From the NCBI RefSeq assembly GCF_000002075.1, contig NW_004798290.1, positions 4,906 through 68,905 on the forward strand: a DNA stretch of 64,000 nt. Reading direction: 5' to 3'. Shown here piece by piece: positions 1 through 10,790 of the stretch (positions are counted from its first letter, which is position 1; the number at the start of each line of letters is the position of its first letter). The notes beneath the pieces were generated by a model that ran no database searches, was not told the origin of the DNA, and saw only the letters and a list, made by a program, of their open reading frames with translations. This stretch comes from Aplysia californica (lineage: Eukaryota). The translations under genes and the position numbers were made by a program.

Positions 1-230
1 CCCGAAAAAAGCATTATCCAAAAAAGAGACCAAAAACAAAAGCCGAAAGTATTTTTTAAAAAACAACAAACCAATCACACAAACAAAGAGCCAAAAATTA
101 AAAATACAAAAAAACCCAAACAAAAACAAAATAAAAACAGGACCAAAAATAAAATAAAGAATAGGCAAACACAAAAAAAAACGAAGTAGAAAAGTGAAAA
201 CAATCCCAGCTAAAAGTCGCACTCTGCCGT

Positions 231-1751
231 CTACGTCGCGGGCTCACCTCGGGGCTCCAAACGACACTTGTAGTCTTCCGGAGATATCACTACCCCCGGC
301 TTCCAGTCTGCCGGGTTTGCTGACGGGAGCGGAACATCCTCCGGGGGGAGGAACCGAAACTTCTGGAGCAACGTGACCACGATGAAAAACACGCGGACTC
401 TGGCGAAGTTTTCCCCGGGACAGAGTCTTTTGCCAGCTCCGAACGCGAGAAGATTTTGCCGTGTGGGATGGTCCGTCTCCAGGACTTGACCGTCGGAGTC
501 GAGGAACCGCTCAGGTTTGAAGGCCCAGGGATCTTCCCACAAGTCCTCTCTGTGATGAACGCACCACGAGTTGAGGATTAGGAACGTGCCTTTAGGGATG
601 AAATGTCCCTCAAAATGAATGTCCCCATTGGCGTAATGAGGTAGCAGAAGAGGTACGATTGAGGAATATCTCAAGGTCTCCAGGATAGTTGCTTCTGTGT
701 ACGGCATGTGGCGTTTGTGTTCAAAGCTGGGGCTTTCATCTCCGATCACTTCACATATCTCAGCATACACGCGGTCCTGAAGCTTTTGGTCAACGAGGAA
801 CTGCAGAAACAGTGACGTCAGAGTCCCTGCCGTGGTGATGTAAGCAGCTGCAGCGATGTCCTGGACCATGCCCAAAATGTCATCGTCTGTCATGTCCTGG
901 AAGTTCCCGCTCTTCTGTAGCTCCGCCTGCTGCTCCAACAGGTCAGCCACGATACTGGTTGTCTCCCCTGCCCGGAACTTGTCCCGCACCGCCATAAAGA
1001 TGCGCTCCTCCAGCTTCCCCCGGGCGGCCTGGACCTCCTGGATGGCCTTCCGGTGCCACAGCCCTGGGATGTACGGCACGAAGGGAAACGTTTCTAAAAA
1101 TATCTCCGTCTCAAATGTAGCTATTACGTTTGCTTTCTCAATGAACCCGATCATGGCGTCTAGATCCTCCTCGCAGGTTTCATCTCCTTTAAGAAGGAGT
1201 CCGACAACCCAGCGGATGTAGCGAGTGAGCTCGACAAACAAAGATACGTCTCCTTCGTACCGAGTTAGACGATGGCACAGTTCTTTGGACGTAGATGTCA
1301 TCAGTTTTTCAAAGTTGTTGACGCCTTGACCGTAGAACTTTAGCACGTGATGGAAGATCTTTCTCCTCTTAAGCAATTCTTTATTGTAGCGCCCAAATAG
1401 CATGTCCTTATAGTTATAGAATAAAACTCTTCCAGTGTACGACGGGGGCCGGTCATTGCTGAGTTCCCTAGTGCTGGGATCATTGAACAGTTTACGGCAC
1501 AGCTCGGCGTTGTTCACGAAGACCACTTTACGAACGAGCGCGTTGACAAAGACCAGGTCGCCGTAACGGTCGGCCCACTTGGACGCGCACAGATGTATAG
1601 CTTCCTGTTTTACGCTTTGGATGAGCTCCCAGACACCCCGGAAGAACGGTGGCCCAGGGATTGTCTTTGTCTTCTGGCTCTTTTTCCATTCCAATCCCAG
1701 GAAGAGAATCGCTACGAGAACCGTCAGGGTGATCAGAAACTCGGCGATCAT
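231..1751 (-). CDS. Cytochrome P450, microsomal, clan-2-like (CYP1/2/17-like), intronless CDS, 506 aa; divergent paralog A
   Basis: N-terminal TM anchor and PGP hinge; I-helix DIAAAAYITT; K-helix ETLR; PWAFKPERF; heme motif FGAGKRLCPG; uninterrupted ORF. Confidence 0.96.
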   Translation of the reverse strand: MIAEFLITLTVLVAILFLGLEWKKSQKTKTIPGPPFFRGVWELIQSVKQEAIHLCASKWADRYGDLVFVNALVRKVVFVNNAELCRKLFNDPSTRELSNDRPPSYTGRVLFYNYKDMLFGRYNKELLKRRKIFHHVLKFYGQGVNNFEKLMTSTSKELCHRLTRYEGDVSLFVELTRYIRWVVGLLLKGDETCEEDLDAMIGFIEKANVIATFETEIFLETFPFVPYIPGLWHRKAIQEVQAARGKLEERIFMAVRDKFRAGETTSIVADLLEQQAELQKSGNFQDMTDDDILGMVQDIAAAAYITTAGTLTSLFLQFLVDQKLQDRVYAEICEVIGDESPSFEHKRHMPYTEATILETLRYSSIVPLLLPHYANGDIHFEGHFIPKGTFLILNSWCVHHREDLWEDPWAFKPERFLDSDGQVLETDHPTRQNLLAFGAGKRLCPGENFARVRVFFIVVTLLQKFRFLPPEDVPLPSANPADWKPGVVISPEDYKCRLEPRGEPAT

Positions 1752-1764
1752 TGTTCAGACACGG

Positions 1765-1790
1765 CTGAAATAGAAATAAAATATCATCTG
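1765..1790 (-). promoter_or_regulatory. 3' splice acceptor of a 5'-UTR intron, 13 nt upstream of the CYP A ATG
   Basis: Minus strand reads atattttatttctatttcAG|ccgtgtctgaacaATG; equivalent acceptors precede the other paralogs. Confidence 0.65.
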
Positions 1791-1794
1791 TTGA

Positions 1795-2055
1795 CTAAGA
1801 GACAGGATTTTGCTATCAGACATGGCACTGGAGACCAAATGGAAAAAGAAGAAGTCGTAGACTAATTAACACGTATAGAAGCATGATCAGGAATGAGACA
1901 ATCACCTAGGACCTGGATGTGTCAAGGCTAGAGGAAGTGGCCGGGGGTAGACAAGTGTGGCATCCACTGTTCTCTGTCTTGTGGAGAGAGTAGGTCAGTA
2001 GGTCAGTTGGTCCGTAGGTCAGTTAGTCAGTAAGTCGGTAAGTCAGTAGGTAGAT
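1795..2055 (+). mobile_element. RTE-clade LINE 3' fragment
   Basis: Similar to 47935-48164; degenerate (gtaa/gtag)n tail. Confidence 0.6.
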
Positions 2056-2071
2056 AATCAAAAGAAGACAA

Positions 2072-2221
2072 CGTCACGGTTTCAAAGACTTAGTCTGATC
2101 TGACTGCCTCACATCACGGTTTCAAAGACTTGTCTGATCTGACTGCCTCACGTCACGGTTTCAAAGAAGTCTGATCTGACTGCCTCACGTCACGGTTTCA
2201 AAGACTTAGTCTGACTGCCTC
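2072..2221. repeat. Minisatellite, about 4 units of 37-40 bp
   Basis: cgtcacggtttcaaagacttagtctgatctgactgcctca repeated at 2072, 2112, 2151, 2188. Confidence 0.9.
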
Positions 2222-2280
2222 CCACAAACGTGATACACCTGATAGAGCCCCGGAGATAGAACAAAAACGAAATAGACTTC

Positions 2281-2719
2281 TTAACCCTATCTGTACGTCG
2301 TGTTTTACAGTTGTATCCATACGACGTGGGGAACTCTGTGCCACCACGTAACCCTATCTGTACGTCGTGTTTTACAGTTGTATCCATACGACGTGGGGAA
2401 CTCTGTGCCACCACGTAACCCTATCTGTACGTCGTGTTTTACAGTTGTATCCATACGACGTGGGGAACTCTGTGCCACCACGTAACCCTATCCGTACGTC
2501 GTGTTTTACAGTTGTATCCATACGACGTGGTGAACTCTGTGCCACAACGTCCCAGAGAAGAAATTTACTCGTTAATCCTGTACGCACGCCTTGCATAGCA
2601 GTCTGTCAAAATGATTTTTGAGAAATACTGAAAGTTTCAAAAAAGACCTTCGCACTAGAAGTAATTCTAAAATGTGAAAATTGCAACAAAATGACCCCGG
2701 GGCGTACGGAGAGGATTAG
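2281..2719 (+). mobile_element. piggyBac-like MITE with 4 x 67-bp tandem left terminus (copy 1)
   Basis: TTAA-CCCTATCTGTACG ... CGTACGGAGAGGA-TTAG; units start at 2281, 2348, 2415, 2482. Confidence 0.8.
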
Positions 2720-3297
2720 ATAGAGTTGAAAAGACTCAATTAGCTCTTAAATATACTTCTGGGTTTTTGATATACCTCGTTTTCTCAAAGTTTTGGAAGC
2801 ACAAGATTATTTCTCAGGGAAGTAAAGAGTAGGCTTGCTGATCATTTTGTACAGATCATAGAGGAAGAAGTAGCAAGTATCATTTATTCTCTCTTACAAT
2901 TCCGTTTCAAGAAACAGCTGAGCATATCATCAACCTCCCACGGTACTGGAACAGAAGAGCCATTGCCTTGCTAAAACCTCATAGCCTTCCATTAAATGAC
3001 AATCTCAGTGGGTGGAAATTAATAAACTCACCCTTATGAGAGAGGTGCAACTCTCATGAAATTGAAGAGGAATTTCACTTTATTTTCTATTGTCCATATT
3101 TTGTCCATCAAAAGAAATTATTAATTCCTCCCAGCCTGACTCGGCCCAGTGACAGAAATAAACAATGTTTGACCCATTATAAGAGATACGTTCGCAGCCT
3201 GTACTCTTTCATTATGCAAACTTTATTAACCAAGGAGTGTTTTATGATGCCATGTTGGTCAATGGCCTTAAACACTGAATACACCTACTTACAAACT
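2720..3297 (+). mobile_element. RTE-X-like LINE 3' end (decayed)
   Basis: Homologous to 60762-61075 (SLPLN..L..WKL..SPL.ERCNSHEIE); ends ggccttaaacactgaata..(ttac)n. Confidence 0.6.
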
Positions 3298-4075
3298 TAA
3301 GAAAAGGAAAACTCCGAAATGAACCTTCAATTGCTTCTAGATACTGTTGTAACAGAAAATGAACGTAAAGGATTATTGTTGAATGTAAAGAAAACAGAAT
3401 GCATGGTAATATCCAAAAAAGCAGTAAATCTTAGTTGTAATCTCATTAGCAAAGGTGAAAAGATCAAGCAAGCCCAACAGGTTAAATATCTAGAATATAT
3501 GATAACATCTGGTGCCAAGTGTTCCACAGAAATAAAAAGGAGAACTACAATGGCTAAGTCCAATTTCAATAAAAATGAGCTCGATCCTGAAAAATAGAAG
3601 CATCTCAATAAACACCAAAATGAAAGTCCTGAAATGCTATGTTTGGTCAACTCTTCTATATGGCTGTGAATGCTGGACAATCACTAAAGACAGTGAAAAT
3701 AAAATAGAGGCAACAGAAATGTGGTTTCTTAGGAGACTGTTAAGAGTATCGTGGAAAGAAAAGAAATCAAATGAGGTAGTGCTTGATGAAGCCCACGTGA
3801 GACGCTCAATGTTAAAAACAATCAGGAACTGACAAATGCAGTTTTTGGGACACCTGAATAGACATAAGGGTCTTGAACATCTTGCTCTCACTGGCAAAAT
3901 TGAGGGCAAGCGAGGCAGGGTAGGCCCAGAACAGCATACTAAGGGAACCTGAACAAATGGGTAACAGGGAAAGATCAGGGAAACATAGCTTTTTTGAAAG
4001 CATCCGAGCAAAGGAATGAATGGAGAACCATGATCGCCGATGTCCGTCGCAGATCTGGCACTGGATGATGATAAC
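3298..4075 (+). mobile_element. RTE-clade LINE 3' fragment
   Basis: GLLLNVKKTECM, KYL, CYVWSTLLYGCECWT, EMWFLRRLL; (tga)n tail; frameshifted. Confidence 0.85.
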
Positions 4076-4119
4076 AAACTTAATAAATTTACTTCCTACT
4101 TATAGAGCTTAGTCATGAT

Positions 4120-7100
4120 GTCATATTCTGTGGGAGGACGCTGTGGTAGAGAAAGCACAGTGGAACAAACCCACACCCCAGCTCCAGCTCCAGGAACATT
4201 TCTGTGACTATGGAGAGGACACTTCATCCTGGCTGTGATAAGCAAGGGAAAAAAACACGGGACGTGGCAGTGTACGGGTCATAAGACATCCTTCTTTGGC
4301 GAAACAGGATGTCGCCAATGGTCACCTTTGACAATGAGAGGGACTACTCAGTCGCACTGATCTGCTACCACCCGTCTCAAACTGGGCAGCCCCCAGTCAG
4401 TACGGTGCTGATCCGTCACGTCTGTTTGTTTCTATGGGTGTGTGGAGCAAGGACAAAAACCTGAAAGGCAGACGTTAAATCCAGCACCAGGCAAAAAAAG
4501 AGTAAAACTAACCCCATGGAAACTGGGGACCTGGAATGTTAGAACAATGACATCCGGATTGGACTCTATCAACCTGGAGAAAACAGAGGACATCAGAAAG
4601 ACAGCAATCATAGACAGGGAGCTCACACGACTCAATGTAGACATCACTGCCCTGTAAGAGACCAGACTTGCTAACTCTGGTACCATCAGGGAAAGAAACT
4701 GCACATTCTTCTGGAAGGGTCATGGGGAAGATGAAATAAGAATCCATGGTGTGAGCTCTGCAGTACACAACAGATTGCCAAACAGGATCAGCACACTCCC
4801 CCCCACCCCCCAAGGTATATCCAAACGTATCACTGTCATGGAAATGGATACCGAAACTGGAACGGCTCACTTCATAAGCGCCTGCTCCTCAACCCTAACT
4901 ACAGAAAATGAGAAAAAAGACCAGTTTTACGAGGAACTTCATGATGCTATCAATAACGTCCCAAAAGCAGACCAGCTGTTTCTCATGGGCGACTGCAATG
5001 CAAGAGAAGGAAATGCAAACAAAGTATGGCCCACCTGCCTGGCACCTTTAGGGCTGGAAAATTAATGAGAATGGTCAGAGACTCTTAGAGTGCTGCAGAA
5101 ATAACAGCCTTTGCATCATTAATACCTTCTATAGTGGCAAGGACAGACACAAGGTTTCTTGGTGCTATCCAAGATAAGGCCATTGGCACCAAAACAACTT
5201 CATCTTTGTCAGAAAGAAAAACGACAAGACGGTAAAGCAAACAAGATCTTTCTACAGCACAGACTACCACGCAAAGCACCTTTTCTTACAGCTAAGGCAA
5301 AGATAGTCACACAAAAAACCCACCAAGAGCTGAAAGACAAAAGAAACGTAAGATCAACGCAAAAATACCAAAGACACAGTGTTATGGGCAGGTGGGGCAC
5401 CTAGAAATCGTGTTTTGGGGTCACATTATTCAAATTGGGGTTATCACATATTATAGTACCTGGACATTTCCTGAACAATATCCAGAAACGTATGTAAGCC
5501 TTGCTACACAGTACAGGTTTTCCAGTCTTTTCTTACCTTTATCGGCTATTTTCTCACAATTCTATTATTTCACACATTATCCCATTTTTCTGCTCTGTTT
5601 CCAGTTCAATTTCAAGGTAACTTTCACAGGATACCAACAACACCTAGTTCTCAATTTTGGCTTGTTGAATTTTTTATTAATGGAGCAGTTTTTGATTTAT
5701 GGGCTACAAAGCATGAATTTTTCACTTTTCCCCCTTTTTTGCAACAACCCAATTGTAAGTGTCATGAAATAAAAACTAAAGCATATATCAAAAATTCAAC
5801 AGCCCAAATTTAAGAGCTACATATTTCCTTTTGAAAATGTCAAATTAGACATGAATAAGGTAATAAATAAGGGAATAAAATGGGATTGAAAAAGGTATAC
5901 AAAATCCAAAATGGCCACCGTTTCCATAGCAACCGATTCACAAAATACTTTTAAAACTATTGATTTAAAATTCCCAATAGCATACAATGTCCTACAGTAA
6001 ATATGAGCACTCGATGCCTTGTAATAGCTAAAAAAAAAAAAAAAAGACCTGTGGCCCACCAGTCCTTAAAGGCAAAATTCCAAGAACATGTTAAAGAACA
6101 GCTACAACATCTAGATACTTATCCCCAGACAACATGAAATCAACGATTTATAATTTTACGTCAATTACCTTTGGAATAGAAAGACCTCACAAGGAGGACT
6201 GGGTTGAAGCCAGCGCACCATCACGAGCACCATTACTCGAGAAAAAGCGTAAGTTCCTGATAGAACACAGCACAAATCCAACAGAGAGTACAAAGCAACA
6301 ACTACGTGCTGCTAAATCCAAAAGTGCGTCAATCAGTACAGGGACAAATTATGCTCAGAAATCCAACAGGCAAGCGATACAGGTAATATCAGGAGTATGT
6401 TAGACAATATCAGAATTGCTATTGGACCGACAGCAAACAAAGTGGCACCTCTAAAGTCTCCGATAAGCGAACAGCTGGCAAACAAGAAGAAACAAATGGA
6501 AAGATGGATGGAACATTATTCAGACTTATCCTCACAAGAGCGAAATGTTGATAGACAGCTACAAGAGGCCATTCGTCAGTTCTCCAAAATCTCAGAACTT
6601 GACACAACACCAACAGAAGAAGAACTCTCTACTTCAATCGATGAACTCGCTTGCAGAAAAGCAGGACGAAATGACTACATACCTGCTGAAGTGCTGAAAG
6701 AGAGCAAAAAGACCCTCCTCCCATATCTCTACAAGCTACTAACGACTTGTTGGCGGAAAGCAAAAATTCCACATGACATGAGAGATGCCAAAATCACCAC
6801 ACACTACAAAAACAAAGTTGACAAAGGAGATTGCAACAACTACAGAGGTATCTCACTGCTAAGCATCACTGGAAAAGCTTTTGCTAGGATCATCCTGGAG
6901 CGACTTCAGAAACTATCTGAAAGAGTCCTTCCAGAGAGCCAGTGTGGTTTCAGATCAAACCGCTCAACAATGGACATGATCTTTATTATTCGTCAGCTAC
7001 AAGAAAAATGCAGGGAGCAACAACTGCCATTACATACTGCGTTCAGAGATCTGACAAAGGCTTTTGATACAGTCAGTAGATCAGGACTGTACATGGTGCT

Positions 7101-8340
7101 TGGAAAAATTGGCTGTCCCCCAATACTGCTTCAGCTCATCATTTCTTTCCAGGTAGCAAGATATGAAGGCCACCATTCAGTTTGACGGTTCAACATCAAG
7201 CAGTTTCAACGTCGATGGTGGAGTAAAGCAAGGTTGTACCTTAGCACCAACCCTTTTTGGCATTTATTTTGCTGTCTTACTGCAATGCGCATTCAAAGAG
7301 TCACCTGGGGATGTTTTCCTCCTCTGGAGAACTGATGAGTTGATCTTAAATCTTGCTCGTCTCCGAGCTAAGACCAAGGTCAACAAAACCACAGTACGAG
7401 CCCCCCCCCCCCTTTCGCCGATGACGCTGCCCTTGTTGCTCACAGGAAATCAACCCAACAAACAATGATGGACCGCCTATCAACAGCATGCAAGGTCTTC
7501 AGCTTGGTCATCAGTGGTAAGAGAACAGTCATCCTTACTCAGGAAGGTCCAGAGCAGAGCCATATTTGGCTGAACGACACGAAACTTGAGACTGTGGATA
7601 CGTTCTGTCACCTTGGGTCTACCATCAGCTCTACAACATCGCGGGATGATGAAATCAACACCAGGATAAGGAAAGCAGCAACAATGTTTGGAAGGCAGAC
7701 ACAGCAAGCGTGGGAAAGCACAAGATTAACCACCAAAACAAAGATTACGATTTATTAAGCATGTGTCATCAGCGCACTCCTTTATGGATTCTGAAACAAG
7801 GACCCTGTACAGCAGACAAGAAAAACGCCTCGACATCTTACATCTCAGATGCAGTCGCAAGATAAAAACACATTTTGTGGCTTGACAATGTTACTAATGT
7901 TGAAGTGTTGGCCCAGGCAAAACTTCAGAACATGACAACTATCCTGTGTTCAAGGAACTTGCGATGGCTGGGGCAGGGGAAGAGAATGGAAGACAACCAG
8001 GTTCCAAAGCATGTTCTTTATGGAGAACATGCCCAGGGAAAGAGACCAAGAGGAAGGCCAAAACTGAGGTACAGAGACACCTGCAAAAATAGCCTATCTA
8101 AGCTTGGACTAGATGTCTGCACCTTGGGGAGAAATAGCTGAGGACAGGAAAACGTGGAGGAAAATGATAAAGGAAAGAACTGAAATTCTAGAAAGCAGCC
8201 CCAGAAACAACCAGGCTGAGAAGCGCCAACAATGAAAGGAAAAACAGAGCTTCGATCCACCTCATTGGCATGCAAACACTGCGACAGAATCTGCGCTTCA
8301 AGCTTAGGAAGAATTAGCCATGAAAGAAGCTGAATGAAGA
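4120..8340 (+). mobile_element. Near full-length decayed RTE/BovB-type LINE (APE endonuclease + RT)
   Basis: GTWNVRT, MGDCNAR, NYRGISLLS..GK, PESQCGFR, DLTKAFDTV, GVKQGCTLAPTLF, ADD, C-terminal CxxC..SH; many stops and frameshifts; 5' boundary approximate. Confidence 0.92.
5382..6069. mobile_element. Kolobok-like non-autonomous DNA transposon inserted in the RTE
   Basis: TTAT-GGGCAGGTGGGGCAC ... GTGGCCCACCAGTCC-TTAA (imperfect TIRs, TTAA-type TSD); removal leaves contiguous KDTVLKAKFQE. Confidence 0.65.
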
Positions 8341-8399
8341 CAACCTTGAGTCCATCTCAATCAAAATTGGCCGTCTGCATACACGAAAAGAGCCTTACA

Positions 8400-8832
8400 C
8401 ATAAGCTGTACTTTATCAACAAATGGCGCTCGACAAAATAACAAAATTGGAGAAACAGGCATTTTCCCACCACTATCGCAATTTCAATTAAATTTTTGGT
8501 TTTTTGGTGAATCCTTTTTGTGTCCAAATATAAACACATTTCCTTGTGAACTGTGTTGATTTAAAGCTAATAAAAAAAAGGTATTATTTTCTGTTTTCAA
8601 GGACTCTTTAGCTATTGATGTTGCCAAACTTCGGTGGCGATTTTCTCGCTATTTTTACCGCGGAAACCAAGTGAACTTACCGCTTTCAATCACAAATATC
8701 TTCACTTCAGCTCAAGATAGATGGATATTTTTTCCATCGAAAGCAAGATAAATAAACAAGCTTTAAGATGATACCAATAACTCGACATGCACAAACATTG
8801 ACGAACGTCTGATTCCACCGCTCCGTGACACA
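8400..8832 (-). mobile_element. Divergent inverted copy of the TGTGAGG-TIR element family
   Basis: Reverse complement matches ...ggtggaatcag..ttcgtcaa..ttattggtatcatcttaaagcttg and ggtaaaa..agcgagaaaat. Confidence 0.65.
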
Positions 8833-9768
8833 CGTATATCTGTACCGATATTCCAACAGTCCAAGGGGTGGCTCCTGCCAGACCCAGTGAATATATGTAA
8901 CAATATTGTTACTGCTTCGTGATCCGTGTGAAACCTCTGTGACGGAGTGAGAGAGTGCAGGAGTGAAAGGATGAGGGGATGAGGGCGTGTGAAGGAGGTA
9001 AGGTGTGAGGAGGTAAGGGGTGTAGGAGGTGAGGGGAGAAATGATGAGAAGGGGAGGGCGTGAGATTTCAGAACACTTACAGAGTGCAGCAGGGTGCAGC
9101 AGAGTGAGACAGCTGGCCTTGAGAGGCGGTGTGCATGTGACAAATGGAAACTTGCAGAGAGCGCTGAGCCTCCACTTTGTACTGTCGGTGTAAAGGGGAC
9201 CGTGGAACGATGTCGTAGGTTTTTGACACCCCTCTCTGTTTGTTTTTGTGAACATCATCTAGATATCTAGGTCATTTTTCTTTCTTTTCTGCTGCCACGT
9301 CTACAAGTGTGCACTTGTGGGGACTTTCCAGGTTTTCCTTTCCCCCTTTTTTTTTCTTTCTCTGTTTGTTTTGGCTGCTGCTGGTTTTTGGCTTCGTGTT
9401 TTTAAATGGAGAAAAGTAAAACTCGCTTCCTGGACTGGAACGACCTTCATTATCTGTGGAGGATCTTCCTTGCACGAAGCCAGCGTGGGGCAGAGAGGAG
9501 AGGAAAACAACTGCACGCTAGCAACCCGCGATGATCACCAACGTCACAGCTCGCCGCGGGTACCAGTGCCTTCCTCCCCTTCCCGAGATTGTCTATTTGC
9601 CGGTACAGAACGATGAGCTATTAGTTGTTCTACCTTCTTATAGATCTAGTTACGCTTGTGACCTTCAAGCGCCTTTCTGTTTTTGAGAAGAATTTTCAAC
9701 AAACCAAGCACTTGTCGACTGTTGGGGCAAAATCAATGTCGACTTTGTGATGTCTTGATATAATAATA

Positions 9769-10204
9769 TGTGAGGCAGCGTGGTAGAATCAGCCTCTCGT
9801 CAATTTTTGAGCATATTCAGTTATTGGTATCATCTTAAAGCTTGTTCATTTGTCTTTGTTCGGATGAAAAATTTATCCATCTATCTTCAATTGACGGCGA
9901 GATATTTTGGATTGAAGGAGGTAGGGGTCACTTGGTTTAAGAGGTAAAATTAGCGAGAAAATGGCCGCCAAAGCTTGGTAAATTCCAAAGCTGGAGAGTC
10001 CATGGAAACTGTAAATTAATATTTTTGTGCCTTTAATCAACGTTTTTCGGTGAAATCCTCAAAGGAATGTATTTGTAAAGGGACATAAAAGTTGTTGAGC
10101 CAAAAAACAAAAATGTTATAAAAATTGCAAAGCAGGGAGACAACTGCTGTTTTCTTTGATTTCATTATTTTGACGAGAGCCTGATACCACCACGCTGGCT
10201 CACA
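9769..10204 (+). mobile_element. ~435-bp non-autonomous TIR element (TGTGAGGCAGCGTGG...CCACGCTG(G/C)CTCACA), subfamily A
   Basis: ~35-bp TIRs; near-identical to 51520-51956. Confidence 0.88.
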
Positions 10205-10261
10205 TATAAAACAATTAGAAACAACGACTATGAAATGTGTGTTTTGTATTCCCACCACGTC

Positions 10262-10500
10262 CCAGCGGTGTGTTGTGGTCAGGCACTTCGCTGTCGCACG
10301 CAGGAGGCAGGAGATCAATTCCCGTGAGTGTGAAAGGGGGGTGGGAGGGGGGAGATTTGAATCGAATATCTCGGTCTTTGCGCTGGGATGTTGAATCCCC
10401 CTCAGCCCAGGTTGGCCCTGGCAGGCAGGGTCGAAAGCCCACCTCCTAAATGATCTAAACTGTGACAATGGGGGTGTAAAAATGCCTACATTGAAAAAAA
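10262..10500 (+). mobile_element. tRNA-derived SINE
   Basis: tRNA-like head with B-box-like gatcaattcc; 3' domain ctcagcccaggttggccctggcaggcagggtc shared with 10630-10790 and 56962-57230. Confidence 0.55.
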
Positions 10501-10629
10501 AAATCCAATGCTCGGTGACAAGTTTACGAGTGACCTCTAGTCCGACAGAACATCATCAGGAACAAGAAAGTTCGCGAAGTCGTGTTTCCTCAAATATAAA
10601 ATTTATTAGTGAAATTGTAGATGTGTTGC

Positions 10630-10790
10630 CAGCCGGCCCTCACAGAGTAGATCATTTAGGAGTACAAAGGGGAGGGAGTGGTGGAGGGGTGGAGGCGGTG
10701 GGGGAGGACCTGGGGTGGGGGAGGGGAGGAAAGAACAGCTATGAGCCTGCCTGTCAGGGCCAACCCGGGCTGAGAGGGATACTCTATACT
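10630..10790 (-). mobile_element. Inverted partial copy of the same SINE 3' domain
   Basis: Reverse complement: ccctctcagcccgggttggccctgacaggcaggctc...ctcctaaatgatcta. Confidence 0.55.

Noticed and set aside
1-195. A-rich tract as a retrogene poly(A) tail of CYP A
   Set aside because: It is T-rich on the gene's sense strand and looks like low-quality or low-complexity sequence
231-1751. Bacterial origin or contamination because the CDSs are intronless
   Set aside because: ER anchor, PGP hinge, clan-2-like motifs, splice acceptors and interleaved animal TEs
2281-2548. CRISPR-like array (also 58081-58350)
   Set aside because: Units are contiguous with no unique spacers, no cas genes are present, the context is eukaryotic, and the MITE terminus explains them
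4120-4440. Self-cleaving ribozyme in the RTE 5' UTR
   Set aside because: Only a simple gacatcct/aggatgtc hairpin was seen; I could not build an HDV or hammerhead core by eye, and an Infernal search would be needed
8860-9620. Solo LTR or CpG-rich promoter of another gene
   Set aside because: TGT/ACA-like ends and CpG content are suggestive, but no TSD, PBS, second copy or linked exon could be supported
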